A stretch of DNA of 34,774 nucleotides from a virus, in UHGV virus genome UHGV-0288843; one strand, written 5' to 3'. Position 1 is the stretch's first letter. Every line of letters starts with the position of its first letter. A program made the position numbers and the translations under genes. Under the pieces are notes generated by a model. That model had not been told where the DNA came from, searched no databases, and was given only the letters and a program-made list of their open reading frames with translations. Below, piece after piece: positions 34,479 through 34,774 of this stretch.

Positions 34479-34480
34479 TT

Positions 34481-34762
34481 TTATTTATAGGCAATTATTT
34501 TTCCATTGCGGTAAGCTTCTGCGAATTCAATCAAAGCTTCTGATTTCATTCTTTGAATACTTCTTTCGGAATAGCCGACTTCTCTAGCAATCTTGTAATT
34601 AGAGTAATGGTCCTGCACACAGAAACTATAGTGCAAAATTTGTCTGCTAGTTAGGCTTAATGCCATAAGCCCAGATAAAATTGCGTCTCTTTCTGCTTCT
34701 GCATCTGCTAATTGTACTAGCGCATCTTCTGCTTTGTTCCCATGACTTTGGCTTTTAGGCAT
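34481..34762 (-). CDS. ArpU-family late transcriptional regulator (probably 5'-truncated by the window end)
   Basis: The C-terminus SERSIQRMKSEALIEFAEAY is the sigma-region-4-like helix-turn-helix of ArpU-type phage late activators. Position upstream of terS fits. Confidence 0.6.
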   Translation of the reverse strand: MPKSQSHGNKAEDALVQLADAEAERDAILSGLMALSLTSRQILHYSFCVQDHYSNYKIAREVGYSERSIQRMKSEALIEFAEAYRNGKIIAYK

Positions 34763-34774
34763 ATCTGTAATAAT

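Noticed and set aside
34312-34494. 60-aa minus-strand ORF overlapping the 3' end of the arpU-like gene
   Set aside because: No ribosome-binding site. It overlaps an upstream CDS in another frame and lies within a structured non-coding region.
1-34774. CRISPR arrays, rRNA genes, transposases or IS elements
   Set aside because: None seen. The only repeats are the GGTTAG iterons, the operator motifs, the short motifs in the late non-coding region and the tape-measure internal repeats.

Overview
The window looks like an essentially complete genome of a temperate siphovirus from a low-GC Firmicute, or the interior of a prophage of that kind. Its modules most resemble Listeria/Enterococcus/Bacillus-type phages. 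It is densely coded, with no rRNA and no CRISPR.

Minus-strand gene order, from high to low coordinates:
- a 5'-partial ArpU-like late regulator (34481-34762);
- a 1-kb structured non-coding region (33431-34480);
- terS, terL, portal, Mu-F/gp7-like minor head protein, scaffold and major capsid;
- head-tail connector genes, major tail protein and a separate Ig-like-domain protein;
- gpG/gpT-like tail chaperones, a 1106-aa tape measure, Dit and a Tal endopeptidase, then a receptor-binding protein;
- holin and amidase endolysin;
- a two-gene moron (Panacea/DUF4065-like antitoxin plus a small toxin candidate, 13129-13977);
- a clean tRNA with anticodon CAT (13013-13086, minus strand), flanked by two intrinsic terminators.

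On the plus strand sits the lysogeny module: a large serine recombinase integrase (11578-12927), a 60-aa ORF, and a cI-like repressor with an XRE helix-turn-helix domain and an S24 (LexA-like) peptidase domain (10495-11202). The repressor is divergent from a cro-like gene (10134-10340, minus). Three copies of a 15-bp operator motif overlap the divergent promoters.

From 9913 down to 513 the minus strand carries a long early operon:
- Rha-type antirepressor, a putative Rad52-like annealing protein, a Zn/HNH-like protein;
- a DnaD-like replisome organiser with internal GGTTAG iterons (candidate ori);
- a MazG-like pyrophosphohydrolase, RusA, an orphan beta-class DNA methyltransferase, YopX;
- many small ORFs, several missing from the ORF track.

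A KTSC-domain moron lies on the opposite strand (8475-8690).

The most notable observation is at the extreme 3' ends of the major capsid gene and the major tail protein gene. Both carry the same canonical -1 programmed-frameshift cassette: slippery heptamer C CCA AAA, a 6-nt spacer, and a GC-clamped stem-loop. In both genes the -1 frame stays open for about 24 codons and encodes homologous extension peptides (...GK(L/M)TPT..GV(V/I)IEME(E/K)G). Five of the differences between the two cassettes are third-position synonymous changes in the -1 frame.

Other points of interest:
- the Panacea-type toxin-antitoxin moron between the lysis genes and the integrase;
- a tRNA-like element with an aberrant anticodon arm inside the arpU-terS non-coding region;
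- an sRNA-like promoter-hairpin-terminator unit in the 500-bp non-coding left end;
- a likely gpG/gpGT chaperone frameshift site.
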